Origin: Geobacter sp.
Lineage (GTDB): Bacteria; Desulfobacterota; Desulfuromonadia; Geobacterales; Pseudopelobacteraceae
NCBI GenBank assembly: GCA_009885845.1
Contig: VFJW01000014.1
Location: 1,175-65,174, forward strand
Direction of reading: 5' to 3'
DNA length: 64,000 nt
Position numbers and translations under genes: made by a program. The notes under the pieces are model-generated. The model was not told where the DNA came from, ran no database searches, and saw only the letters and a program-made list of their open reading frames with translations. Positions 1 to 8,951 of this stretch are shown here, piece after piece. Each line of letters begins with the position of its first letter. Positions within the stretch are counted from its first letter, which is position 1.

Positions 1-129
1 AGCAGACATCCTTCCGGTACGGTCAGTGGAGGCAGGTTCTTCTGTATTCTGGCCGACTCAAGCATGTTGCCGGGAAGGAATACCGGTTTGTCAGTATGGT
101 TGTGCTCAAAGAGTGGAGATCTGCAGACG

Positions 130-480
130 TTACCGGACACAGCAAGCACCCCCTGCTGTGAGCTTTTCCCGGTCAAGGTCATCCTTTGATTTGCGAATGG
201 GGGGTTCTCCTTCTCCGAGTAGCGTTATTAAAGTTAACGCCAATTTTGGGCGACTGGCATAATAGCACCGCTGCGCCCCGTCCTGTGCAAAGTCAACCAG
301 CCGCGCGTTGCGCAACACGGTCAAATGTTGAGAGATATTCGACTGGGACGCCGGCAGAATATCCTGAATATCGGTCACACACTTGGTGCCCTTCAGCAAC
401 TCGGCGACAATCTGGAGGCGTGTTGGGTGAGCAAGGGCTTTGAGCAATTCGGCCCACTCGTTTGCAGTATTTGAATCCAC
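130..480 (-). CDS. ArsR/SmtB family metalloregulatory transcriptional repressor
   Basis: Track ORF 130..537 has the winged-HTH signature LKALAHPTRLQIVAELL...SNISQHLTVLRNARLV. I moved the start to GTG at 480 (V20 of the track ORF) because AAGGAG lies 5 nt upstream and an operator-like palindrome lies just beyond. Cys in KCVTD and a C-terminal CC pair. Confidence 0.85.
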   Translation of the reverse strand: MDSNTANEWAELLKALAHPTRLQIVAELLKGTKCVTDIQDILPASQSNISQHLTVLRNARLVDFAQDGAQRCYYASRPKLALTLITLLGEGEPPIRKSKDDLDREKLTAGGACCVR

Positions 481-496
481 AGGATCTCCTTGCGCA

Positions 497-508
497 TATT
501 CGAATATC
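497..508. promoter_or_regulatory. Perfect 12-bp palindrome ATATTCGAATAT, candidate ArsR/SmtB operator
   Basis: Read directly. It lies between the ATPase stop (572) and the SD/GTG of the ArsR gene. AT-rich TATTC/GAATA dyads are typical of SmtB/CadC/CzrA operators. Confidence 0.4.
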
Positions 509-571
509 CTAATATCAACTAAATCAAGCAAAAGCAATTGAAACTTTTGTGAAAGCCTTCGTTTTGTATCC

Positions 572-2704
572 TCACAATACTCCGTGCTTTTTCTGGAAAT
601 ATCCGAGTAAACGCAAACCGTTGAACACTACCAGCAGACTTCCACCCATGTCCGCAAAAACAGCCATCCAGAGTGTTGCGTAACCACTGAGTGCCAGCGA
701 AAAGAATACAAACTTGATGCTGAGTGCCAATGCTATATTTTGCTTCAAGATTGATGCGCAGCGCCGACTGAGTCCTATGAAACCGGCAATCTTGCGCGGA
801 TCATCGTCCATTATTGCTACGTCGGCTGTTTCCAGAGCAGTAGCTGTGCCCGCTGCACCCATCGCAAAGCCGATGTCTGCCCGTGCTAAAGCAGGGGCAT
901 CGTTAATTCCGTCACCGACCATGCCGATTGTACCATAGCGATCTTTGAGTTCGGCGATGGCGGCTTGTTTGCTTTCCGGCATCATATTACCACGTGCATC
1001 CTGAATCCCGAGAAGATCAGCAATTGCACGGGCGTTAGCTGAATTATCACCCGTCAGCATTACCGGTTCGACGTGCAGCGCCCGGAGCATTGCCATCGCC
1101 TCCAGGCTCTCAGCCCGAATCGTATCGGCTACACCAAACAGCGCAGCCGGACCGGAACCGGTGCACAGAATGACGGCGGTTTTTCCCGTATTTTCTATCA
1201 CAGTGATTTTGTCTTCTAAATCAGGAGAGCAAATACCCAACTCATCGACAAGATGGTGGTTGCCAATATGCCACTGCTGGCCATCGATAGTGCCCTTGAC
1301 ACCGTGACCGTTCAGTACGCCAAAATTTTCTACCGGTAACAGCCTGACATTTGGCTGTTGCACCCGCCATCCGGCAACCAGGGCTTTAGCGACCGGATGA
1401 GTGCTGTGATCGTCAAGGCTGGCTGCGATCAACAAGGCCCGCTCGATCGGCATTTCGCCAAATGGGACTGCGTCGGTCAACGCCAGCTTGCCATTGGTCA
1501 GCGTCCCGGTCTTGTCGAGTGCAACAGCTTGTAACAGTCCGCCACCTTCGAGGTAGGTACCACCTTTGATAAGAATACCGTGCCGGGCTGCCGCCGTAAG
1601 TCCACTGACAACCGTAACCGGAGTGGACACCACCAAGGCGCAGGGACAAGCGATGACCAGCATCACGAGTGCTTTATAGAGCCAGTATGACCAGTCACCT
1701 CCGAACAGCACAGGACCAATAACCGCCACAGCTACGGCGAAAGCGACGACTGCAGGAGTGTAATAATGGGCGAATTGATCGACAAAACGCTGCGTTGGTG
1801 CACGTTGTGATTGAGCGTCCTGAATGGCGGCGGCGATACGAGCCAGAGTGCTATCACCAGCAACACTTGTTACCGTAGCTTCTACCACTCCATCAGTAAC
1901 GATGCTGCCGGCAAACAGTGTGTCACCGACTTGTTTATCCACCGGCAGACTTTCACCCGTGATCGGAGCCTGGTCGAGGGCCGCACGACCGGATTCGACT
2001 CGCGCATCAAGCGGAACTCGTGAACCGGTGCGAATCCGGATACGACTGCCGATAGTCACTTCGGCCACCGGGTGTTCCTGCCAGTCATTATCGACTTTGA
2101 CCTCAGCAAACTCCGGGGCCATCGCAGCCAGCGATTTGATGGCGTTACGGACTCGCTCCAGAGAAAGCGCTTCAATGGCCTCAGCTATGGCGAACAGGAA
2201 AATTACCATCGCTGCTTCCGGCCATTTACCGATGATAACGGCACCGGCTGTCGCCAGTGACATCAGGAAATAAATATTGAGGGTCATATTTCGGAGCGCA
2301 ATCCACCCTTTTTTAATTGTGGGGAGGCCCGCACTGAGGATCGACACGACCGCTAAAACCAGTACCGGCCATGAAGTGTCCTGTCCTGTTGTCCAGGAGA
2401 AAACTTCGGCGCCGATCGCTGCAATTCCGCTGATGGCTAACAGCCCTTTCTTTATCGCACTCAGCCCCGAAGGTGCTTCCGATTGTGGTTCCCTGCCTTC
2501 AAGCAGTCTCGGAGCCATGTCCAGTTTTACCAGCGCGGAAACGATAGGCTGAGGATCGTCAAGATGATGGTACACCGTCAATTCGCGATCCAGGAGATTG
2601 AAATCGAGTCGGACAATTCCCTGCATTGGCTCCAGTCTATTACGGATCAACTGCTCTTCCGTCGGACAGTCCATGTTCTCGATGCGATACTTCTCCTGGT
2701 TCAT
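572..2704 (-). CDS. cadA: Heavy-metal translocating P1B-type ATPase (Cd/Zn/Pb type)
   Basis: Motifs CPC (ACPCALVVSTP), DKTGTLT, GDGINDAP and an N-terminal MDCPTEE metal-binding domain. ATG at 2704 (MNQEKYRIENMDCPTEE) was chosen because the longer track ORF to 2869 would run through the MerR-type promoter. Confidence 0.95.
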   Translation of the reverse strand: MNQEKYRIENMDCPTEEQLIRNRLEPMQGIVRLDFNLLDRELTVYHHLDDPQPIVSALVKLDMAPRLLEGREPQSEAPSGLSAIKKGLLAISGIAAIGAEVFSWTTGQDTSWPVLVLAVVSILSAGLPTIKKGWIALRNMTLNIYFLMSLATAGAVIIGKWPEAAMVIFLFAIAEAIEALSLERVRNAIKSLAAMAPEFAEVKVDNDWQEHPVAEVTIGSRIRIRTGSRVPLDARVESGRAALDQAPITGESLPVDKQVGDTLFAGSIVTDGVVEATVTSVAGDSTLARIAAAIQDAQSQRAPTQRFVDQFAHYYTPAVVAFAVAVAVIGPVLFGGDWSYWLYKALVMLVIACPCALVVSTPVTVVSGLTAAARHGILIKGGTYLEGGGLLQAVALDKTGTLTNGKLALTDAVPFGEMPIERALLIAASLDDHSTHPVAKALVAGWRVQQPNVRLLPVENFGVLNGHGVKGTIDGQQWHIGNHHLVDELGICSPDLEDKITVIENTGKTAVILCTGSGPAALFGVADTIRAESLEAMAMLRALHVEPVMLTGDNSANARAIADLLGIQDARGNMMPESKQAAIAELKDRYGTIGMVGDGINDAPALARADIGFAMGAAGTATALETADVAIMDDDPRKIAGFIGLSRRCASILKQNIALALSIKFVFFSLALSGYATLWMAVFADMGGSLLVVFNGLRLLGYFQKKHGVL

Positions 2705-2732
2705 AGTGGCACACCTCCTCAGATGTGCTATC

Positions 2733-2763
2733 ATTAAACAGCCTGTACCTACTACAGGGTCAA
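2733..2763 (-). promoter_or_regulatory. MerR-type promoter/operator of the ATPase gene
   Basis: Minus strand reads TTGACC-(19 nt)-TTTAAT, with the dyad CCTGTA-N5-TACAGG (2742..2758) inside the spacer. A 19-bp spacer plus a central dyad is the hallmark of MerR-family activated promoters. The site is divergent to the cadR-like gene. Confidence 0.7.
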
Positions 2764-2784
2764 GATATTTTTGCAGAGGTGTGT

Positions 2785-3222
2785 ATGAAAATCGGAGAAC
2801 TGGCGCAACGTAGCGGCTGCAAAGTGGAAACGGTACGTTTTTACGAGCGGGAAGGCTTGTTGGAGGCACCAGAGCGCAATGATAACGGCTATCGCAATTA
2901 CTCTGACTACCATTTGGTGCAGCTCAACTTCATCCGCCATTGCCGTTTGCTGGAGATGGGATTACCGGACGTGCGCATATTGCGCAGTTTACAATCCAAA
3001 TCCGAGCTGGCCTGTGATGAAATTAACCATTTAATCGATGGCAAAATAGAGCATGTCAAGCAACAGATCGAAGCACTTCATTTGTTAGGGCAGCAATTAC
3101 AACTATTGCGAGACACCTGCAATTCGGCCACAAGTGTGGGCGAATGCAAAATTTTACGTAATCTGAAACTGGCGGCAGAGGGTAGAGACTGTTCTTGCCA
3201 TCCACACAGCGAGGCGGATTGA
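2785..3222 (+). CDS. cadR: MerR family Cd(II)/Pb(II)/Zn(II)-responsive transcriptional regulator (CadR/PbrR-like)
   Basis: MKIGELAQRSGCKVETVRFYEREGLL...YRNYSDYHLVQLNFIRHCR is the MerR HTH, and there are C-terminal Cys/His ligands (CNSATSVGECK, CSCHPH). ATG at 2785 lies within track ORF 2725..3222. Confidence 0.9.
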   Translation: MKIGELAQRSGCKVETVRFYEREGLLEAPERNDNGYRNYSDYHLVQLNFIRHCRLLEMGLPDVRILRSLQSKSELACDEINHLIDGKIEHVKQQIEALHLLGQQLQLLRDTCNSATSVGECKILRNLKLAAEGRDCSCHPHSEAD

Positions 3223-3255
3223 CACCGCAATCTGGTTCAATGCTCAGTTCAGCTT

Positions 3256-3284
3256 TACCGCCGGTGCGGTAGTCATTTTGTTTT
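3256..3284 (+). terminator. Possible rho-independent terminator after cadR
   Basis: Stem TACCGC/GCGGTA with a 4-nt loop, followed by a T-rich tract (cattttgtttt). Confidence 0.4.
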
Positions 3285-3379
3285 CAAATCAATTTCTAAA
3301 TCTGTTGTTGACTCCACGCCACCTATCCCGGAAATCAACCTAACTTCAAACTCTCAGCCGGAATCAAGTTCAACCGGGT

Positions 3380-3553
3380 TCATATGTCCGGACTCGCCAC
3401 AATTCCCAAAATCTTGACTGATCCCTTGTAAGGCTGTGGGCTAATAAGTGCGTCATTGACGTTCAACGCATTTTCTTGACCGTTATTGCACTCAGCACAT
3501 GTAATGTGCGGCTGCAATAATATAGCAGCAACAATTACGAGCAACTTTCCCAT
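3380..3553 (-). CDS. Small secreted hypothetical protein (57 aa)
   Basis: ATG at 3553 is preceded by GAGGT. Signal-like MGKLLVIVAAILL and a CAEC motif. It is the last gene of a same-strand string. Confidence 0.4.
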   Translation of the reverse strand: MGKLLVIVAAILLQPHITCAECNNGQENALNVNDALISPQPYKGSVKILGIVASPDI

Positions 3554-3609
3554 ATGTACCTCATGAATCAAGCCTTTTTATGTCTTGCTCAGGACGACAG
3601 GATGATTTT

Positions 3610-4200
3610 TTATTTCATGCGTGCAAGCTTCTCGTAAAAACCGCTTACATTAACTTTAACGGTCACCGGTTTATCACCACGATTGCGCCAGAACCAACCA
3701 TGTGTCCCTTCAAATGGGGCCACAAAAGTCCCTTTGTCGTTAGTTAGTTGTTGGCCTTTCCAGTAACTAGTGAATTTGTCACCAGCATTGAGTTTTTCTC
3801 CGTGCATATCGACGTTGACAGAACCACCTTCGGTTGCCCAATTAAAAACGAATTGTTCTCCCTTGCGCATGGTTGCCTTTATTTCAGCGCCCTCGCTGGG
3901 TTGCAATGTCAGGGACATTTCGTCACTACTGAAAGGGACATCGCTTTTGGCTACAATTCCAGCTGGTGTTTGCGCAACTGGCGCTGCCGTCGCTACACTG
4001 TTCGGTAACTTTGCTGCCTCAGCAGTAGTGGCGCTGAGCGCCGTGAGTCCCATTGCTTTGCCTATGCCTGTCGGATCGATGCCAAACTCGGATGGTAGTA
4101 CGGTGGTAATCAATATTGCTCCTGCGGCAAGCAAGGCAATTCCGGTGGCTTTGAACAGTTGTTTAAGAGTAGGAAGTGGGTGAGTATTGTGTGCAGACAT
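3610..4200 (-). CDS. Transmembrane anchor protein (family usually paired with HupE/UreJ)
   Basis: N-terminal TM segment followed by LPSEFGIDPTGIGKAMGL, which I recognise from anchor proteins found next to HupE/UreJ genes. C-terminal soluble beta-rich domain. AGGAG precedes the ATG at 4200. Confidence 0.7.
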   Translation of the reverse strand: MSAHNTHPLPTLKQLFKATGIALLAAGAILITTVLPSEFGIDPTGIGKAMGLTALSATTAEAAKLPNSVATAAPVAQTPAGIVAKSDVPFSSDEMSLTLQPSEGAEIKATMRKGEQFVFNWATEGGSVNVDMHGEKLNAGDKFTSYWKGQQLTNDKGTFVAPFEGTHGWFWRNRGDKPVTVKVNVSGFYEKLARMK

Positions 4201-4214
4201 GTGTTTCTCCTTAA

Positions 4215-4946
4215 TTATTTAGTGAAGTAACCGGTTATTTGATAGCCCATCAGAACAAAACCTGCGGTCATTAAAGCGGCATTGGCTGCAAAAGCCTGAT
4301 GCTTGAACGAGTCGGTACGCCGCCAGAAACCCATAAATATCAGAATGGCACTCAGTGCAAGCAACTGCCCAAGCTCGACCCCAACGTTGAATGCAAGGAT
4401 GTTCGGCACCAGACCCTCTTTGGAAAGTGTGAATTTTTGCAGCTTTGTTGCGAGACCAAAACCGTGAAAGAAACCGAAAATAAGCACTGCGGCCTTAGTG
4501 TTTGGCTGAAAGCCGAACACACGTTTGAACGCGCCAAGATTGTCGAGTGCTTTGTAGACGACTGACAGACCAATAATGGCGTCAACAAGATAAGGATTGA
4601 CGTGAGTCCCGCTCAGTACACCGTATATCAAGGTGACGCTATGGCCGACAGCGAAGAGCGTAACGTATGCTCCAACCTCTTTCATCCGGTACAAAAAGAA
4701 AATCACCCCGAATAGAAAGAGCAGGTGGTCATAGCCGGTAACCATGTGTTTGGCACCCAGATAAATGAACGGCAGCAGGCGTATACCGCTGCTCTGGACG
4801 ATAAAAGCCTTATCGTCCTCCGAAACTCCGTGTGCGAAAACGTCTGGTGCTGTCACTGTCAGGAATAGCAATAACAGTATGACAGGTATCAGATAGCTAT
4901 TGATTGTGCCAAACAAGTGATGTTGCCGGTCAGGTAAAACTTTCAT
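4215..4946 (-). CDS. HupE/UreJ family metal (Ni/Co-type) transporter-like membrane protein
   Basis: Signal peptide, then mature HGVSEDD, then GAKHMVTGYDHLLFLFGVIFF and multiple TM segments, typical of HupE/UreJ_2. AGGAG is present upstream. Confidence 0.85.
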   Translation of the reverse strand: MKVLPDRQHHLFGTINSYLIPVILLLLFLTVTAPDVFAHGVSEDDKAFIVQSSGIRLLPFIYLGAKHMVTGYDHLLFLFGVIFFLYRMKEVGAYVTLFAVGHSVTLIYGVLSGTHVNPYLVDAIIGLSVVYKALDNLGAFKRVFGFQPNTKAAVLIFGFFHGFGLATKLQKFTLSKEGLVPNILAFNVGVELGQLLALSAILIFMGFWRRTDSFKHQAFAANAALMTAGFVLMGYQITGYFTK

Positions 4947-5053
4947 TTTTATTCTCCTGGTTGGTTGATTGGTCGGAGATCACTTGAAACTCCTTTTCGA
5001 TCTTTGGCTGGTTATGATCCGTTGGTATAAAGCGATGAGTAATTCCCTATGAT

Positions 5054-5620
5054 TTAGTTAACCTGCACTTCAAGAGCCTTTATTCCCGCTGTGAAGTTTT
5101 CGCCTTTATATGGCCGAAGCTGCCTCCTCTTGTATATCGGTTTAAAAATAATTGTATTGGCACCTTCACGCAGCAGTACCTCTTGTTCCACAATCACATC
5201 ATCTACAGGAAGCGCTACTGTCAGCTTATGCTTGCCTGGAGCAAGGGCAATTCGCTTGTTGAACTCATATTTCCAGCCGGTTCCACTTTCGGGTACTTTG
5301 AAATCAATCGGTGACTTGACTTCCAGAACCGGTTCAGTATCAAGAATTATGGTCTGTCCATCGATATTCAAGTGAACACGATATGGTGGATCAGTATGTT
5401 TAAAGTACATCCACATGAAACGTGAAGAGTTGCTTTTAACGGTTAACTTGATATTCGCTGTAGCCTTTCCGGATTGGTCTTCCTTGCCAAACGCCTCGGT
5501 AAAAACATCATGTCTGTTTCCAAGCGAGGTCTTGGCAATGAGATCCCGGTTGCTCGCACATCCGCTGGCAATCAAGGCCGCTATTATTATCATTCCTGCA
5601 AGAATCAAATTTCTTTTCAT
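5054..5620 (-). CDS. Lipoprotein of unknown function
   Basis: ATG at 5620 is preceded by AGGAGG. Lipobox LIASGC. No recognisable domain. Confidence 0.7.
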   Translation of the reverse strand: MKRNLILAGMIIIAALIASGCASNRDLIAKTSLGNRHDVFTEAFGKEDQSGKATANIKLTVKSNSSRFMWMYFKHTDPPYRVHLNIDGQTIILDTEPVLEVKSPIDFKVPESGTGWKYEFNKRIALAPGKHKLTVALPVDDVIVEQEVLLREGANTIIFKPIYKRRQLRPYKGENFTAGIKALEVQVN

Positions 5621-5719
5621 GAAGGACAACCTCCTGATGCGATAGTGACTGTTTACTCTGATGGTCGCACACCCCGCCAAGCTGCGGGGTGCGCAATTGT
5701 TCTTACTTTCTGGTTCAAA

Positions 5720-8700
5720 TTACTTCTGTGGTTCTTTACCAAACTTCAGATACAGCGACGGCAACACCACCATGTTTAGCAGGGTGGAGGAAAGCAGCCC
5801 CCCCAGAATGACGATGGCCAGCGGCGAGAGGATCTCGTTACCCGGTTTGTCAGAGGCAAGGGCAAACGGCACAAGTGCCAACCCGGCCGCAAGCGCCGTC
5901 ATGATGACCGGCCTGAGACGCTCCATTGACCCTTGCAGCACAGCCTCTTGCAGGTTTTTCCCCTCCTCTTCCATCAGGTGTTTGTAATGAGAGATGAGCA
6001 GGATGCCGTTTCGTGTCGCGATGCCGAACAGGGTGATGAATCCAACCAGCGACGCGACACTGATGACCCCGGAAGTGAAATATACGGCCAGGATGCCGCC
6101 GATGAAGGCCAGCGGCAGATTGACCATGACCAGAAAGGCGTCTTTGAAGGAACGAAATTCAATATAAAGAATCACAATAATGAAGAGCAACGATACCAGG
6201 CTCAAAAGTCCGATTGTCCTGGTTGCCTCGGCTTCGCTCTCAAACTGCCCGCCGTACTCCACATAATATCCCACCGGGAGTTTGACCTTCTGCTCAATAC
6301 GGCTGCGGACATCTTCAAAGACACTGCGCAGGTCACGGCCGGTAACGTTTGCCTGTACCACGATCTTGCGCTGGGCATTTTCCCTGGTGATGGTATTCGG
6401 CCCTTTGGCGGAAACGACCCGAGCCACGGCGGAAAGCGGAATCTTGACCCCGGTAGGGGTATCGATCAGGACACTTTCGATGCTGCCGGTACTGGTGCGA
6501 GCACTATCAGGGAACTTCACCACTACATCGAAACCCCGGTCTCCTTCCAGAGTACGGGTTACTATCATGCCGGCCGTGGCAGCCTCCATCGCCTCAGCAA
6601 CACCAGACATGGTCAGGTTATAACGGGCCATCTCTGCCCGGTCGGGTACAATCCGGACCTGGGGGATATCCTTCTGCTGTTCTACCGACAGGTCGGCCAA
6701 TCCGGCGACATTGGCTATGGCGCCTCTGATCTCTTCCGCAGTACTCCGCAGCCTGAAAAGTTCGGGGCCGTAGACCTTGATGGCTATGTTGGCCATGGTG
6801 CCGGACAGCATATGGTCGATCCGGTGACCGATCGGCTGACCAAAAGTAATGGTAGCCGGCATGCCTGCCATTGACTTACGCAACTCCGCCATGACATCAG
6901 CGAGCTTGCGCTCTTTCATATCCAGCTTGGCCTCGATCTCGGTCATGCTGGCCGCCTTGCCATGCTCGTCCATGTCACCGCGCCCGGTTCGGCGGGCGGT
7001 CTTCTTGACGTTGGGATGGGCCAGGAGCGTTTTTTCCACATTCAGCGCAATTGCCGCTGATTGTTCCAGTGATGTTCCCGCCGAGGTGACGACAACGACT
7101 GTCAATGCCCCTTCGTTGAAGGCCGGAAGAAAGGAACGTCCGGTCATGGAGAGCGGAATCATGGCTAAAGCAAATGCCACCACCGATCCTGCGATCACCA
7201 GTTTCGGCCGATTGATTGCCAGGTCAAGCATGGGTTGATAGAGTCGTTGCAACCAGCGGACGACGACACTCTCGCCCTCCCGCTCAAGGCACTTGGCCCG
7301 GGGCAAAAGGTATGAACAGAGGGCCGGGGTTACCGTCAGGGCGACCAGCAGCGACGCACCAATGGAAACCATGTAGGAAATGCCGAGAGGTCGCAACAGC
7401 CGCCCCTCAACGCCGGTGAGAAAAAAGAGCGGCATGAATACCATCAGAATGATCATGGTGGCATTGACGATGGAGGCGCGAATCTCCTTCGAGGCTTCGA
7501 AGATCACCGTGCGCGCCGGGGATCGCAGGTTTTCCGGTTTCAGACGATTTTCCTGCAACCTCCGGAAGACGTTCTCCACATCGATGATGGCGTCGTCGAC
7601 AATGACTCCGATGGCAATTGCCATTCCTCCCAGGGTCATGGTGTTGATGGAGATGTCGAACATCCGCAGGGCAAAGATGGCGAACAGCAGGGAAAGCGGG
7701 ATGGCGGTAATGGAAATGAGAGTGGTCCGCACATTGCCCAGGAAGAGGAAGAGAATGATGATAACCAGCAAAGCCCCTTCGCTCAGGACCTTCTTGATGT
7801 TATCGATGGCCCGCTCGATAAAGTCGGACTGCCGGAAGATGTCGGTCTCCAGTTTCATGCCGGCCGGCAGGCTTTTCTGCAGTTCCGCGAGCTTTACTTC
7901 CAGTCGTTTGGTCAATTCAAGAGTATTTGCGGTGGGGTGTTTCTGGATCGAGATAACCACCGCAGGTTTGCCGTTAGCCGATGCATCGCCGTATCTGAAA
8001 GCCGGGCCGATGACGACCTGCGCCACATCACGGACCAGAACCGGCACACCACCCCTGACAGCCACCACAACCTGTTCAAGATCGGCCGGGGTGCGCACTC
8101 TGCCCACGCCCCGGATCAAGTACTCCTGACCGGTTTTCTTCATAACCCCGGCGGCAAAGTTTGCATTGGCTCCCTTGAGGGCTGTGATGACTTCACGCAC
8201 CGTAACATTGAAGGCTTGCAGGCGTTGCGGATCGAGTACCGCCTGATACTGGCGGGTATCACCGCCGATATTGGAAACCTGGGAGACTCCCGGCACAGCC
8301 AGGAGCCGTTTACGTACCACGAAGTCGGCGGTTTCCTTCAGTTCCATGGTGTTGTGTTGGTCGCTGATCAGGGATACATGCATGATCTCCCCCATGATCG
8401 AGGAGATCGGCGCCAGTTGGGGAACCGCATCAGCCGGCAGCACGCCGGACAGGGATTGCAGTTTTTCGTTGACCACCTGACGGGCCTTGAAGATATCAGT
8501 CCCCCAGTCAAACTCGACCCAGACCGTAGAGAGACCTGCCACCGTATAGGAACGGACCCGGCGCACGCCGCTTGAGCCGGTGACGGCAGTTTCAATCGGA
8601 TAGGTGACGACCGACTCCACCTCTTCCGTGGCCATGCCATGGGCCTCGGTGATGATGGTGACCGTCGGGGCGGTCAGATCCGGCAGTACATCCACCGGCA

Positions 8701-8800
8701 TCTTCATAGTTATATAGGTCCCGACCAATAGAACCAGCAGTGACGCCACAACGACGATCAGCCGGTTTTCCAGGGCCAGGCGAATTACTTTATCGAGCAT
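5720..8800 (-). CDS. CusA/CzcA family heavy-metal efflux RND transporter (RND-1)
   Basis: 1026 aa with the HME-RND layout of 12 TM segments and two large periplasmic loops. Conserved segments include AIGVIVDDAIIDVENV and GGLLSSTLLNMVVLPSLY. Confidence 0.95.
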   Translation of the reverse strand: MLDKVIRLALENRLIVVVASLLVLLVGTYITMKMPVDVLPDLTAPTVTIITEAHGMATEEVESVVTYPIETAVTGSSGVRRVRSYTVAGLSTVWVEFDWGTDIFKARQVVNEKLQSLSGVLPADAVPQLAPISSIMGEIMHVSLISDQHNTMELKETADFVVRKRLLAVPGVSQVSNIGGDTRQYQAVLDPQRLQAFNVTVREVITALKGANANFAAGVMKKTGQEYLIRGVGRVRTPADLEQVVVAVRGGVPVLVRDVAQVVIGPAFRYGDASANGKPAVVISIQKHPTANTLELTKRLEVKLAELQKSLPAGMKLETDIFRQSDFIERAIDNIKKVLSEGALLVIIILFLFLGNVRTTLISITAIPLSLLFAIFALRMFDISINTMTLGGMAIAIGVIVDDAIIDVENVFRRLQENRLKPENLRSPARTVIFEASKEIRASIVNATMIILMVFMPLFFLTGVEGRLLRPLGISYMVSIGASLLVALTVTPALCSYLLPRAKCLEREGESVVVRWLQRLYQPMLDLAINRPKLVIAGSVVAFALAMIPLSMTGRSFLPAFNEGALTVVVVTSAGTSLEQSAAIALNVEKTLLAHPNVKKTARRTGRGDMDEHGKAASMTEIEAKLDMKERKLADVMAELRKSMAGMPATITFGQPIGHRIDHMLSGTMANIAIKVYGPELFRLRSTAEEIRGAIANVAGLADLSVEQQKDIPQVRIVPDRAEMARYNLTMSGVAEAMEAATAGMIVTRTLEGDRGFDVVVKFPDSARTSTGSIESVLIDTPTGVKIPLSAVARVVSAKGPNTITRENAQRKIVVQANVTGRDLRSVFEDVRSRIEQKVKLPVGYYVEYGGQFESEAEATRTIGLLSLVSLLFIIVILYIEFRSFKDAFLVMVNLPLAFIGGILAVYFTSGVISVASLVGFITLFGIATRNGILLISHYKHLMEEEGKNLQEAVLQGSMERLRPVIMTALAAGLALVPFALASDKPGNEILSPLAIVILGGLLSSTLLNMVVLPSLYLKFGKEPQK

Positions 8801-8881
8801 GTATGTTTCTCCTCATGTTTATGTTTTACCCGAGAAACGAGATTTTTTTGTCCAGGCAAGGCTGTCGAGGGGTGACGCGGA

Positions 8882-8899
8882 GGCCTAGCGCGCTAGGCC
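8882..8899. repeat. Perfect 18-bp GC-rich palindrome GGCCTAGCGCGCTAGGCC in the MFP-RND intergenic gap
   Basis: Read directly. It lies in the unusually long 151-bp spacer between the adaptor stop (8952) and the RND start (8800). Confidence 0.8.
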
Positions 8900-8951
8900 G
8901 CACAAGGAACCCCGAAGACTTACGCAGCCAGGGCGGAAAAGGCTCATTTCT

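Noticed and set aside
1-65. Possible 5' end of a minus-strand gene (ATG at 65..63, MLESARIQKNLPPL...) running off the left edge.
   Set aside because: Only 21 codons are visible and there is no recognisable motif, so it cannot be supported as a feature.
572-2869. 55-codon N-terminal extension of the ATPase ORF.
   Set aside because: The extension would run through the MerR-type promoter/operator and into cadR. The ATG at 2704 gives the canonical MDCPTEE domain start.
5933-8575. Long antisense ORFs inside RND-1 (5933..6874, 7380..8129, 7937..8575), with similar ones inside RND-2 (19319..21954) and recJ (26448..27110).
   Set aside because: They lie opposite strongly supported conserved genes, have low-complexity Arg/Ser/Ala-rich translations and lack SD signals. 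These are typical shadow ORFs.
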